Origin: an uncultured Alphaproteobacteria bacterium
GTDB lineage: Bacteria; Pseudomonadota; Alphaproteobacteria; RF32; CAG-239
DNA: 64,000 nt
Direction: 5' to 3'
Assembly: GCA_944393695.1 (NCBI GenBank)
Contig: CALYAY010000002.1
Location: 112,892 to 176,891, forward strand
Shown here: piece by piece, positions 54,677-63,559 of the stretch
Numbering within the stretch: the first letter of the stretch is position 1
Layout: each line of letters opens with the position of its first letter
Program-made: the position numbers and the translations under genes
The notes under the pieces: generated by a model
Told to the model about the DNA's origin: nothing
The model's database searches: none
The model's input: the letters and a program-made list of their open reading frames with translations, nothing else

Positions 54677-56035
54677 ATGAAACTTCTGAGGAAACTAAAA
54701 AACTTTTTTTTCCCGCCGGTATCTTCAGATGAAAAACTTCTGAACGAAAACAACTTTCATGTCCGGTTCACCGTCGGCGTCATTGAGTTTGCCGACAATG
54801 TCGAAAGCGACGGCGGCCGCAATTTCTGCAAACTTCTTGAAAACCGGCCTGATTTAAATGTTTTTTACTTTGATGAACCTTTTCCCAAAAATTTTCTGAC
54901 CTTGGAAAGCCGCACCTTTTTTGACATGATAGACCGCGGCCAAACCATCATCGACCGCACCAAAGCCGACGTCATCATCTGGGGCTGCCGCGAAAACGAC
55001 AAAATCCGCCTCAACTTCCAAACCGGCAAACAATACGAGATTGAAGACAAATCCTTTGTTTCCCTGCTTGACAGCCTATACATCCCGGCCGCCATGGTTG
55101 AAAACCCCGCGCTTTTTCCGCCGGCTCTGATCACGCTCATCTGCGGCGCCATAATCAGTGCCGTCACCCCCGCCGATTCCGAGACCAGAATCTACCGGCG
55201 TTACTTGTTGAAAAAAATCATTCATTCTCTGTCCGTTGACGATTCTGCCAAAAAACTTCCCTCGGAATACATGCCCTATATCATGAATTTTCTGGGCATC
55301 ATTTACCTGAGCTACGCCTACGACCGCGAAGACGGCCGCAACTTCCGCACCATTCACAACCTGCTCGACACCGCGCTCAAACATCAGGATCTCATCTCCA
55401 ACCCCATCCACCTGGGCTGCATTTATTATCACATCGGCCAGCTCTATAATTCCGCGGCTCTCTACACCACTCGCAGCCCCGTGCCTTATATGAAAGGCGC
55501 CATAAATTACTACCGCCAGGCTCAGAAATATCTCAGCAAATATACCTACGCCTACGACTACGGCTACATTTCCTACAAACTGGCCGGACTTTTTTTCATC
55601 TACTGGAAACAAACCGAAGACATTCAGGCCCTGCGCGATGCCGTTTTTCAACTGCGCGAAGCCGAAAAAATTTATACTTACGCTTCGTTTCCGTCCTTCT
55701 GGGCCGAGCTTCAGGGACTTTTGGGTCAAATGCTCGCCCTTCTGGGCAATATCACCAAAAGTGCCGAAATATCAGAAATCGCCATTGACTGTTATCACAA
55801 TCAGCAAAAAGTCGTCACCGAGCGCCGCAACCCGCTGGCCTGGGCAAAAATTCAGGAAGCCATTGGCGAAATCCACTGCCACCTTGGTCAAAACGGCGGC
55901 GGACGTTCACACTTCGAACAAGCCATGGAATATTTTCACGATGCTCTTTATGAATACGAAAACCTGCAGCAGGATGAACTCATTCGCAAAATCACCGCCG
56001 GCATCGCCCGTGCCCGCCGCAGCATGAACTATTGA
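54677..56035 (+). CDS. Hypothetical protein (452 aa), C-terminal TPR-like helical repeats
   Basis: Clean ORF with Tyr-rich helical repeats in the C-terminal half. No family recognised. Confidence 0.45.
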   Translation: MKLLRKLKNFFFPPVSSDEKLLNENNFHVRFTVGVIEFADNVESDGGRNFCKLLENRPDLNVFYFDEPFPKNFLTLESRTFFDMIDRGQTIIDRTKADVIIWGCRENDKIRLNFQTGKQYEIEDKSFVSLLDSLYIPAAMVENPALFPPALITLICGAIISAVTPADSETRIYRRYLLKKIIHSLSVDDSAKKLPSEYMPYIMNFLGIIYLSYAYDREDGRNFRTIHNLLDTALKHQDLISNPIHLGCIYYHIGQLYNSAALYTTRSPVPYMKGAINYYRQAQKYLSKYTYAYDYGYISYKLAGLFFIYWKQTEDIQALRDAVFQLREAEKIYTYASFPSFWAELQGLLGQMLALLGNITKSAEISEIAIDCYHNQQKVVTERRNPLAWAKIQEAIGEIHCHLGQNGGGRSHFEQAMEYFHDALYEYENLQQDELIRKITAGIARARRSMNY

Positions 56036-56137
56036 AATCTTACAATAAAAAAATACTTCCTTTCCTGAAAAATTTTAATTTACAATTTACTATTCCGGAA
56101 GTATACATCCCTCGGAAAAAAACAATAGGGAAAAGAA

Positions 56138-57508
56138 ATGATACAAAACATGACCTCGGGAAACCCGACAAGTCTGATTGTCCGGTTTACCATTCCTTTG
56201 CTTATCGGCAATGTCTTTCAACAGCTTTACAGCATTTCCGACATCATCATTGTCGGCCGCCTGCTGGGCATTAATGCTCTGGCTGCTGCCGGCTCGACTG
56301 GTCCCCTGATTTTTCTGCTTATGGCCATAACCATCGGTTTCACCTCCGGCTTAACGGTCATCACCGCCCAGCGCTTCGGCTCCGGCGACAACAGAGGCGT
56401 GCGCCGTTCCGCCGCCACCTCCATCATCATCAGCACCTTGTTCACCCTGACCTTCAGCCTGATAATGATGTTCTTTCTCCGCCCCATACTTCATATGATG
56501 AACGTCCCCGAAGAAATTTTCGAAGACGCCTACAGCTTTATTTCCGTCATGGCTCAGGGGCTGGTTATGATTGTTTTCTACAACCTGCTTTCCGGCATCA
56601 TCCGCGCTCTGGGCGACAGCAAAACCCCGTTGTATTTTCTCATCTTTGCCTCATTGCTAAACATCGCGCTTAACTACTTTTTGATTCAGGGGCTTGGATT
56701 CGGTGTCGAGGGATCTGCTCTGGGAACCGTCATTTCCCTTAGCATTTCCGTCATCTGCTGCTTTTTTTATATTGTCAAAAAATTCCCTATTCTGCGTTTT
56801 CACAAAGACGACTGGCGCATGGATTGGAAATTCACCCGGCAGCACCTGGCCATTGCATTCCCCATGTCTGTCCAGTTTTCCATTATTGCTTTAAGCAGCA
56901 TAGTCATCCAAAGCGTCTGCAATTCCTTCGGCCCGGTCACCATTGCCGCCTTCACCTCGGCCATGCGCATTGAACAGCTGGCCTCCCAGCCGATGGTCTC
57001 CTTTGGCATCGCCATGGCCACCTACACCGCGCAAAACTATGGTGCCGGATTAATCGGCCGCATTCGCCGCGGCGTCTTTAATTGTTCGATGATTTCTCTC
57101 GGCCTCAGCCTGGCAATGGCAGTCATCATTTTCACACTGGGCGAAGAACTGGTTGATATCTTCATCAAAGACCGCAGCGACGACGTGACCGCCCAGGCCC
57201 GGACCTACTTGAACATCAGCGTTTTGTTTTACTTTTTCCTCGGTCAGATATTCATCTACCGCAACGCGCTTCAGGGATTGGGCCGCCCGGTTATTCCGCT
57301 CATTTCCAGCATTGTTGAATTGGGCATGCGTTCTTTTGCCGCAATTGTTCTGGCCGTACACTTTGGCTACATCGGTGTTTGCTGGGCCAGCCCCATTGCC
57401 TGGATCGGCGGCGCGGCCGTTGTCTGCTTTGGTTATTTCTACACCATTCACAACATCGGCACCCGCTACCTTTATTGCCATCACCATTCCGAACTCCCCT
57501 GGCATTAA
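56138..57508 (+). CDS. MATE-family efflux transporter
   Basis: 456 aa with 12 TM helices and the NorM/DinF-like pattern. Confidence 0.85.
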   Translation: MIQNMTSGNPTSLIVRFTIPLLIGNVFQQLYSISDIIIVGRLLGINALAAAGSTGPLIFLLMAITIGFTSGLTVITAQRFGSGDNRGVRRSAATSIIISTLFTLTFSLIMMFFLRPILHMMNVPEEIFEDAYSFISVMAQGLVMIVFYNLLSGIIRALGDSKTPLYFLIFASLLNIALNYFLIQGLGFGVEGSALGTVISLSISVICCFFYIVKKFPILRFHKDDWRMDWKFTRQHLAIAFPMSVQFSIIALSSIVIQSVCNSFGPVTIAAFTSAMRIEQLASQPMVSFGIAMATYTAQNYGAGLIGRIRRGVFNCSMISLGLSLAMAVIIFTLGEELVDIFIKDRSDDVTAQARTYLNISVLFYFFLGQIFIYRNALQGLGRPVIPLISSIVELGMRSFAAIVLAVHFGYIGVCWASPIAWIGGAAVVCFGYFYTIHNIGTRYLYCHHHSELPWH

Positions 57509-57601
57509 CAAAAAGCGCATACTTTTATCTTAAAGCTTGCAATTTTTCAAATTCATGCTTAGATAATTACGTGTTTTTTCAATCTCTCGGGAGCAAATTT
57601 C

Positions 57602-57973
57602 ATGAACACTTCAACATTAAAATCTCTGTTCGACACCTATTTCGTTGATGTTTTAAAAAATCACTACATCGACGCTGAAGGAACCGCCAACCGTCCGCAA
57701 TACTGGTATTTCCAGCTTTTTGCTTTCATTTCTTTATTTATTGTCAGCCTGATTTTCACCACCATCGGCCTGGACATCGTCGTTTATCTCTGTGCTCTGG
57801 CTTTGCTGGCACCGTCACTGTGCCTCGGCATCCGCCGCTTGCATGACCTTGGCCAGTCCGGCTGGCTGATTTTGGCCTCATTCATCCCGGTTCTGAACCT
57901 CGCTTTATTGGTATACTTTTGCTTTCCCGGCAAAACCTCATCCAATTCCGACAGCCGGAAAAAAGCCGCTTAA
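57602..57973 (+). CDS. DUF805 (YhaH-like) membrane protein
   Basis: ...RPQYWYFQLFAFI... ...RRLHDLGQSGW... Confidence 0.6.
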   Translation: MNTSTLKSLFDTYFVDVLKNHYIDAEGTANRPQYWYFQLFAFISLFIVSLIFTTIGLDIVVYLCALALLAPSLCLGIRRLHDLGQSGWLILASFIPVLNLALLVYFCFPGKTSSNSDSRKKAA

Positions 57974-58079
57974 CTAATATTCTAAACAGAAAAAACACCG
58001 CCCCGAATGGTTTCGGGGCTTTATTTTTACCAACAATTAACGGCTCCGTGCAATTATCAATAATAATTGCAGGAGAGCC

Positions 58080-58913
58080 ATGACCAATAACCAGACAAAA
58101 ACAAGAATTACACAAATTGATACCCTGAAGGGTTTTCTGATTTTAAGCGTATGCCTGAGCAACACGCTTCACATTCTGCCTGCCTCAAACCTGAACGCTT
58201 ACACCTGCTCCGTCCTTTATCTTTTCAACATCCAGCTGTTCATCTTTTTCTCCGGCATGTTCTCGCCCCGTTTTTCGCCCAAACGCCTGGGAATTATTTT
58301 TGGCAGCTTTATCCTCTACGGCCTGTTGAGCAACTACCCTTCGCTGACCTTAATACCGCAGATGTTCCTTAACCCGCCTGCCAATCTCTGGTATCTGGAA
58401 TGCCTCATTTTTTGGAAAATAATGATAATTCCTCTATATCCCTTGTTAGCACGCCACCCGAAAAAAATCCTTTTTGCCGCCGCGATTGTTTCTTTGCTTT
58501 GCGGCTATCTTCCCCTGCCGTTGGAAATCGGCAACATCTCCCGCACTCTGGTTTATTTTCCGCTGTTCATTCTCGGGCGTATCTGCACCTGGCCGCAGGT
58601 TAAAAATTTTGCCGACAAAATCTCCCTGCACCGACTGTTATGGGCACTTTTGCCCGTCGGCTACATCCTTATTCTGGCCAATATCGCTTACAGCGACCTC
58701 TATGTTGTTTTTTACAATAAATTCAACTATTTTCACACCCAATGGCCGGATTTTGCCATTTTACTGCGCCTGTTCCAATTCACCGCCGCCGGCATCATCA
58801 GCCTTTTGCTCATCAAAACTCTTCCCGCCGGCAACCGCTTCTTAAACCTCACCGGCCGACATTCTCTTGCCGTTTATCTCGGCTGGTCTTACCTGCTTTT
58901 CCTCCTCAATTAA
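58080..58913 (+). CDS. Acyltransferase family 3 (OafA/YrhL-like) membrane protein
   Basis: ...RITQIDTLKGFLILSVCLSN... A multi-TM protein of 277 aa, on the short side for this family. Confidence 0.6.
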   Translation: MTNNQTKTRITQIDTLKGFLILSVCLSNTLHILPASNLNAYTCSVLYLFNIQLFIFFSGMFSPRFSPKRLGIIFGSFILYGLLSNYPSLTLIPQMFLNPPANLWYLECLIFWKIMIIPLYPLLARHPKKILFAAAIVSLLCGYLPLPLEIGNISRTLVYFPLFILGRICTWPQVKNFADKISLHRLLWALLPVGYILILANIAYSDLYVVFYNKFNYFHTQWPDFAILLRLFQFTAAGIISLLLIKTLPAGNRFLNLTGRHSLAVYLGWSYLLFLLN

Positions 58914-58914
58914 A

Positions 58915-59520
58915 ACCTCTCCCCCTGTCATACTCCACCTCCCTCCTATCATCCCCCCCTCTCCCATCTGTCATTCCCGACCTCTCTTATCTGTCATTCC
59001 CGGCTTGCCCGGAAATCCAGGTAAAACCAAACTTCCTATTCTCCTCCCCCTAAAAACTTAGGGCTGGAGGCAGAAAATATCTCCGGTGGAGATATTTTCA
59101 ACGACAGGCGAGAGTTTGTTAGCTCATGAGCTAGCGGTAGCGAAGCGAAATGAGAGTTACAAACCGAGTGACCGCAGCGACTTAGCAAACGTAGTGAGCT
59201 TAGGAGCCAGAAGGTCGGGGAGGGTTTCATATTCAAACAAAATAAAACTGTCATCCCTCGTTCAGCGCCAGCCTGAACGTCAGGGGATCTTCAAATTTGT
59301 CACCCTCTCATAGATGAGAGGGCCGGGGAGAGCAAATTCAGCCTTACCTTTCTCACCCTCACCCGCGTCACTCCGTTCCGCGACCTCTCCCCTCAAGGGA
59401 GAGGTAAGAATAGGGACAATATCATCCTCGGGTTTAACCCGAGGAGCCAGTCAAACCAACCTTCCTATTATTCTCCCCCTAAAATCTTAGGGGGAGTTAG
59501 AGGGGGTTTTAAAATCCCCC
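58915..59520. repeat. Cluster of direct repeats and perfect hairpins (REP/MITE-like element array)
   Basis: A direct repeat aaccaaMcttcctatt..tctcc.ccccctaaaa.cttaggg occurs at about 59020-59065 and 59452-59495. It holds at least 8 perfect 8-12-bp stem-loops, for example gaaaatatctcc-ggt-ggagatattttc. Tandem ctgtcat(t)ccc(g) motifs sit at 58925-59005. Confidence 0.6.
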
Positions 59521-59763
59521 TCACTTAATCAAAATCTTCACCTGAACCCCGTACACCGACGCCAACATCAAAAGATGCTTCAAAGAAAACGAACGCCCAT
59601 TTTCTATCATCTCAATCCGGCTGACTGAAATCCCGCAGGCCTCCGCCACTTCGGGCAGACTCATTTCCTTTTTCTTGCGCAAAAGCCTCAAACGCCCTCC
59701 CATATCCCGTTTGATACAAAAAATCCGATATTTAATTTTCTTTTTGGAAACCATAATTCTCAC
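59521..59763 (-). CDS. XRE-family helix-turn-helix transcriptional regulator (small)
   Basis: ...MSLPEVAEACGISVSRIEMIENGRSFSLKHLLMLASVYGVQVKILIK is an HTH_XRE domain. The true start is likely an internal Met. Confidence 0.55.
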   Translation of the reverse strand: MRIMVSKKKIKYRIFCIKRDMGGRLRLLRKKKEMSLPEVAEACGISVSRIEMIENGRSFSLKHLLMLASVYGVQVKILIK

Positions 59764-59980
59764 TCCTTTAATCTGTTACCCAAAACAAAACCTGCCTCAC
59801 ATAATCGCAAAGCAGGCGGAGCTCAAAAGCTGTAAACATACAGTCGTCCCTATTCAATATATTCAGGACACTCCGCCCCATAGCGGAGAATATCATCGTT
59901 TAGATGCTTTTGAGACACCACCGGCGACCTCTCGCCGGCAACGCTCATCATAAAAGAAAGGAAACAATATTGCAAGCCAT

Positions 59981-60010
59981 AAAAAAACTGCCCGCATTCA
60001 CGGGCAGTTT
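59981..60010 (-). terminator. Intrinsic terminator of tRNA-Arg
   Basis: The minus strand reads aaactgcccg tgaatg cgggcagttt followed by ttttttt. Confidence 0.55.
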
Positions 60011-60016
60011 CCAAAC

Positions 60017-60093
60017 TGGCGTATCCGGCGGGGATCGAACCCACAACCTTTGGCGTCGGAGGCCAACACTCTATCCAATTGAGCTACGGATAC
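60017..60093 (-). tRNA. tRNA-Arg (anticodon CCG)
   Basis: The minus strand reads GTATCCGTAGCTCAATTGGATAGAGTGTTGGCCTCCGACGCCAAAGGTTGTGGGTTCGATCCCCGCCGGATACGCCA. A 77-nt cloverleaf with anticodon loop CTCCGAC. Confidence 0.88.
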
Positions 60094-60261
60094 AAACAAC
60101 TATTCTCTTTTAACCTAATTTATTTCAAGACTCAAGTAAAATCTCACAAAATTTAACCGGGAAAAACATTTCCTCCGCATTTTTCTCTTGACACTAAGGC
60201 AATTTACGTCTATTAAAGGGCAACAAGTTTATGTTTTGTTGAGAAATAAGGATATTTTAAC

Positions 60262-60537
60262 ATGTCTAAAAAATGTGATATTACCGGCACTGGCGTTATG
60301 AGCGGAAACAACGTTAGCCACGCTAACAACAAGACTCGTCGCCGTTTTCTGCCGAATCTGCAGGTTGTTTCGCTGCTTAGCGAAAAACTGGGCAAAGTAT
60401 TCAAATTAAAAGTATGCTCCAAAACTCTGCGTTCCATTGAACACAACGGCGGTTTGGACTCTTACTTGGAATCCACTTCCAACACCAAACTCAGCAAAGA
60501 AGCTCAGAAAATCAAAAAACAAATTGCCAAAGCTTAA
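60262..60537 (+). CDS. rpmB: 50S ribosomal protein L28
   Basis: [34 protein letters not shown]..., the L28 signature. Confidence 0.9.
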   Translation: MSKKCDITGTGVMSGNNVSHANNKTRRRFLPNLQVVSLLSEKLGKVFKLKVCSKTLRSIEHNGGLDSYLESTSNTKLSKEAQKIKKQIAKA

Positions 60538-60562
60538 GTTCTGATTTGGTTACGCTCATTTT

Positions 60563-60590
60563 CCCGCTGCCCTTCAGCGGGATTTTTTTA
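60563..60590 (+). terminator. Intrinsic terminator after rpmB
   Basis: cccgctg ccctt cagcggg followed by attttttta. Confidence 0.55.
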
Positions 60591-60672
60591 TAACCGGCCG
60601 GCTGAAACCTTGCATTCCCCGAAAAAATAGGCTATAAGAAAACCACTGTTCAAACAAGGAAACTTCAAAACC

Positions 60673-62151
60673 ATGGATAACAACATTGATCCGGCGCTTC
60701 TGCCGCAAAATCTCGAAGCCGAGCAGGCGCTTCTCGGAGCGATTCTGGTCAACAACAAAGCCTTTGAAAAAATTTCGGAATACCTGAAACCCTTTCACTT
60801 TGCCGACGCCATTCACAGCAAAATCTTTGAAGTTATCTCCAAGCTCATCCAGCGCGGCCATGTTGCCAGTGTCATCACCCTCAAAAACTATTTTGAACAG
60901 GAAGGAACCCTCAGCGAAGTCGGCGGTCACAAATACCTTCTCAAACTGGCCGACAGCGCCTCTCCCCTGACCAACGTTGAATACTACGGACAATTCATTT
61001 ATGACAAATACCTCCGGCGTGAATTAATTGCCACCGGCTACGAGATTGTCAACGCCGCCCTCAAGGAAGACCTCGATTCTGATGCCAACACCCAAATTGA
61101 ACAAGCCGAAAAACACCTCTTTGAACTATCCAATCAGGGCGACATTCAGGGCGGATTTGTTCCTTTTGGCGAGGCTTTGTCTTCATCCCTTTCTCTCATT
61201 GAACAGGCTTACCAGAAAGAAGGCAAACTTTCCGGTCTGCCCACCGGACTTGACGCGCTTGACGCCAAAACCGGCGGCCTCAACAACTCCGACCTGATTA
61301 TCCTGGCCGGACGTCCCGCCATGGGCAAAACCGCTCTGGCCACCAACATTGCCTTCAACGTGGCCGAATACATGAGCCGAGCCAAAGACCTTGATGAAAA
61401 GAGCAAAGGCGTGGCCTTTTTCTCGCTGGAAATGTCTGCTGACCAGCTGGCCAGCCGTATCCTTTCCACCGTCACCCAAACCAGCAGCCACAAAATGCGT
61501 ACCGGCGAACTTGAAGAATCCGAATTCATTCGCATTGCCGCCGGCGTGCGTGAGCTGGAAAACATTCCGCTTTACATCGACGATTCGCCGGGTGTAAACA
61601 TCAACACCATCCGCACCCGGGCCCGCCGTCTCAAACGCACCAAAGGCCTTGGCCTGATTGTCATTGACTATATTCAGCTAATCAGTGGCAGCGGCAGTAA
61701 AAAAACCGAAGGCAACCGCGTGCAGGAACTTTCCGAAATCTCCCGCGGCCTGAAGATTCTGGCCAAGGAATTAAACTTGCCGGTCATTGCCTTGTCCCAG
61801 CTCAACCGCGGTGTGGAACAGCGCGACGACAAACGCCCCGTCATGTCTGACCTTCGTGAATCCGGCTCCATTGAGCAGGATGCCGATATTGTCATGTTTG
61901 TCTTCCGTGAAAACTATTATATCAAAAACGAAGAACCCAAACAGCACGCCGGCGAAACGCCTGAACATTTCCAAAACCGCATTGAAGAATGGGAAACCCG
62001 CCTCCGCAAAACCGAAAACATCGGCGAAGTCATCATCGGCAAACAGCGTCACGGCCCCACCGGCACCGTCCAGCTGTTCTGGAATGGCGAATTTGCCCAG
62101 TTCGGCAACCTGATTCGCGAAGAATACCTGCCTGACCAGATAGGAGCATAA
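60673..62151 (+). CDS. dnaB: Replicative DNA helicase
   Basis: ...PQNLEAEQALLGAIL... ...LIILAGRPAMGKTALATNIA... ...IVIDYIQLI... ...GKQRHGPTG... Confidence 0.95.
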   Translation: MDNNIDPALLPQNLEAEQALLGAILVNNKAFEKISEYLKPFHFADAIHSKIFEVISKLIQRGHVASVITLKNYFEQEGTLSEVGGHKYLLKLADSASPLTNVEYYGQFIYDKYLRRELIATGYEIVNAALKEDLDSDANTQIEQAEKHLFELSNQGDIQGGFVPFGEALSSSLSLIEQAYQKEGKLSGLPTGLDALDAKTGGLNNSDLIILAGRPAMGKTALATNIAFNVAEYMSRAKDLDEKSKGVAFFSLEMSADQLASRILSTVTQTSSHKMRTGELEESEFIRIAAGVRELENIPLYIDDSPGVNINTIRTRARRLKRTKGLGLIVIDYIQLISGSGSKKTEGNRVQELSEISRGLKILAKELNLPVIALSQLNRGVEQRDDKRPVMSDLRESGSIEQDADIVMFVFRENYYIKNEEPKQHAGETPEHFQNRIEEWETRLRKTENIGEVIIGKQRHGPTGTVQLFWNGEFAQFGNLIREEYLPDQIGA

Positions 62152-62227
62152 AATCATGACCTTTTACAAAGAAATCATCAACACTTTTCTCGTGTTCGGA
62201 CTAATGCTTTTCACCCTTGTCCGGCTG

Positions 62228-62590
62228 TTACTCCTCACTTTTCTGGGATTCGTCTCCCTCGTATTTAACCGAACGGTCAAACTGATGCGTTTCTGCATTA
62301 AACCGATAACTGGCCCGCAAACCGGTCGAAGAAAAAGTTAATCCGTCATACGAACAAGCCCCCTTTTCCGGCTCATTCTGCCCCTTTTGGCAATGACAAT
62401 CTCCGCCGCAGCTACCGCCGCAATCGCACGATTCGCATTGCCTGGCGTCTGGCTTTTCCGATTCGCTGCCGTTTTCATCATCCAGAATAGCCTTTTGCAT
62501 CTGCCGCAGACGTTCCTTTTTTCCCTCGCAGCAGGCGCAAGTCCCCTGCACCGGGGTTTTCACAATCATATCCGCCAGCCATTTAAACAT
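62228..62590 (-). CDS. Cys-rich putative metal-binding protein (120 aa; tentative)
   Basis: ...GTCACCEGKK... and ...CESCDCGGSCGGDCHCQKG... clusters. It overlaps an alternative plus-strand 61-aa hydrophobic ORF (62156..62341). Only one of the two is likely real. Confidence 0.4.
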   Translation of the reverse strand: MFKWLADMIVKTPVQGTCACCEGKKERLRQMQKAILDDENGSESEKPDARQCESCDCGGSCGGDCHCQKGQNEPEKGACSYDGLTFSSTGLRASYRFNAETHQFDRSVKYEGDESQKSEE

Positions 62591-62672
62591 TTTTGTTTCT
62601 CCTTAATCAAATTAATGCTATTATCCTACACGCACAAAATTACAAAACACTTAATAAGCAAAGGTTCGACCA

Positions 62673-63053
62673 TTGGCAAAAGCGCTCAAAGACTATACCC
62701 CTCAGGAATGGGAAAACATCTGCACCCGCTGTGGCAAATGCTGTCTGCTCAAACTTCAGGACGAAGACAGCGGCGAAATTTATTACACCGATGTTGTTTG
62801 CCGTTATTTCGATTCGCAAACCTGCAGCTGCACGGTTTACGACCGCCGTTGTCAGCTGGTGCCCGAATGTATCAAACTCACCCCTGATAATGTAGATAAA
62901 ATCAGCTGGATGCCCGATTCCTGCGCCTACCGCCGTCTGCTGGAACATCGTCCGCCCGCACCGCACACCACCATAAAAGGCCGCTGCATATCTGAAACTC
63001 TGGTGGAAGAAGCCGACTTGGAAGACCACATCGTGGATTGGGACGACTTATAA
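62673..63053 (+). CDS. UPF0260/YcgN-family protein, paralog 1 (TTG start)
   Basis: ...EWENICTRCGKCCLLKLQDEDSGEIYYTDVVCRYFDSQTCSCTVYDRR...PDSCAYRRL... The stop overlaps the next start (TAATG). Confidence 0.7.
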   Translation: MAKALKDYTPQEWENICTRCGKCCLLKLQDEDSGEIYYTDVVCRYFDSQTCSCTVYDRRCQLVPECIKLTPDNVDKISWMPDSCAYRRLLEHRPPAPHTTIKGRCISETLVEEADLEDHIVDWDDL

Positions 63054-63559
63054 TGGCCGATTCTTATTTTATAGAAGACAAATTCAACCCCGAAGACCGG
63101 TTCAGAGAAGCGCTGCAACAGGTCGAACCCGGATTTTGGAAAAAGAAACCTCTGGCGGAAATGAACAAAACCGAATGGGAGCTGCTCTGTGACGGCTGCG
63201 GCAAATGCTGCCTGAACAAGCTTGAAATCAAAGGCAAAATACGCTTCACCAACGTCCGTTGCCGTTTTCTTGACTGCCAAACCTGCCTCTGCCGGATATA
63301 TCCCCGCCGTTTTGAAAAAATGGACGACTGCCGCGACATTGACCTTGCCGCCATCCGTGAAAAACCCCGCTGGCTGCCCAAAACCTGCGCCTACTGGCTT
63401 TTGGACAACGGTTATGATCTTCCCGCTTGGCATCCGTTGGTCAGCGGCAGTGCCAATTCCGTTCACCGGGCAGGAATGTCGCTGCAAAACCGCCGCCTTA
63501 TTTCAGAAACAGGAATAACCGATTATGAAAATCACATTGTTGACTGGCCAGACCTATAA
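63053..63559 (+). CDS. UPF0260/YcgN-family protein, paralog 2
   Basis: From ATG at 63053: MADSYF...EWELLCDGCGKCCLNKLEIKGKIRFTNVRCRFLDCQTCLCRIYPRR...PKTCAYWLLDNGYDLPAWHPLVSGS... Confidence 0.75.
   Translation: MADSYFIEDKFNPEDRFREALQQVEPGFWKKKPLAEMNKTEWELLCDGCGKCCLNKLEIKGKIRFTNVRCRFLDCQTCLCRIYPRRFEKMDDCRDIDLAAIREKPRWLPKTCAYWLLDNGYDLPAWHPLVSGSANSVHRAGMSLQNRRLISETGITDYENHIVDWPDL

Noticed and set aside
58400-59061. Several plus-strand Pro/Ser-rich ORFs (58474..58845, 58742..59053, 58867..59061)
   Set aside because: These are alternate frames of the acyltransferase gene or translations of the CT-rich repeat block. Their low-complexity composition makes them untrustworthy as genes.
59100-59240. 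Possible tmRNA or tag-peptide reading frame (atgagagttacaaaccgagtgaccgcagcgacttag giving MRVTNRVTAAT*) within the hairpin cluster
   Set aside because: No tRNA-like acceptor or T-arm (GGTTCGAATCC-type) is found nearby, and there is no canonical resume codon or ...AA tag ending. It is more parsimoniously part of the REP/MITE-like repeat block.
59850-60044. Minus-strand 64-aa ORF
   Set aside because: It overlaps the tRNA-Arg gene and its terminator.
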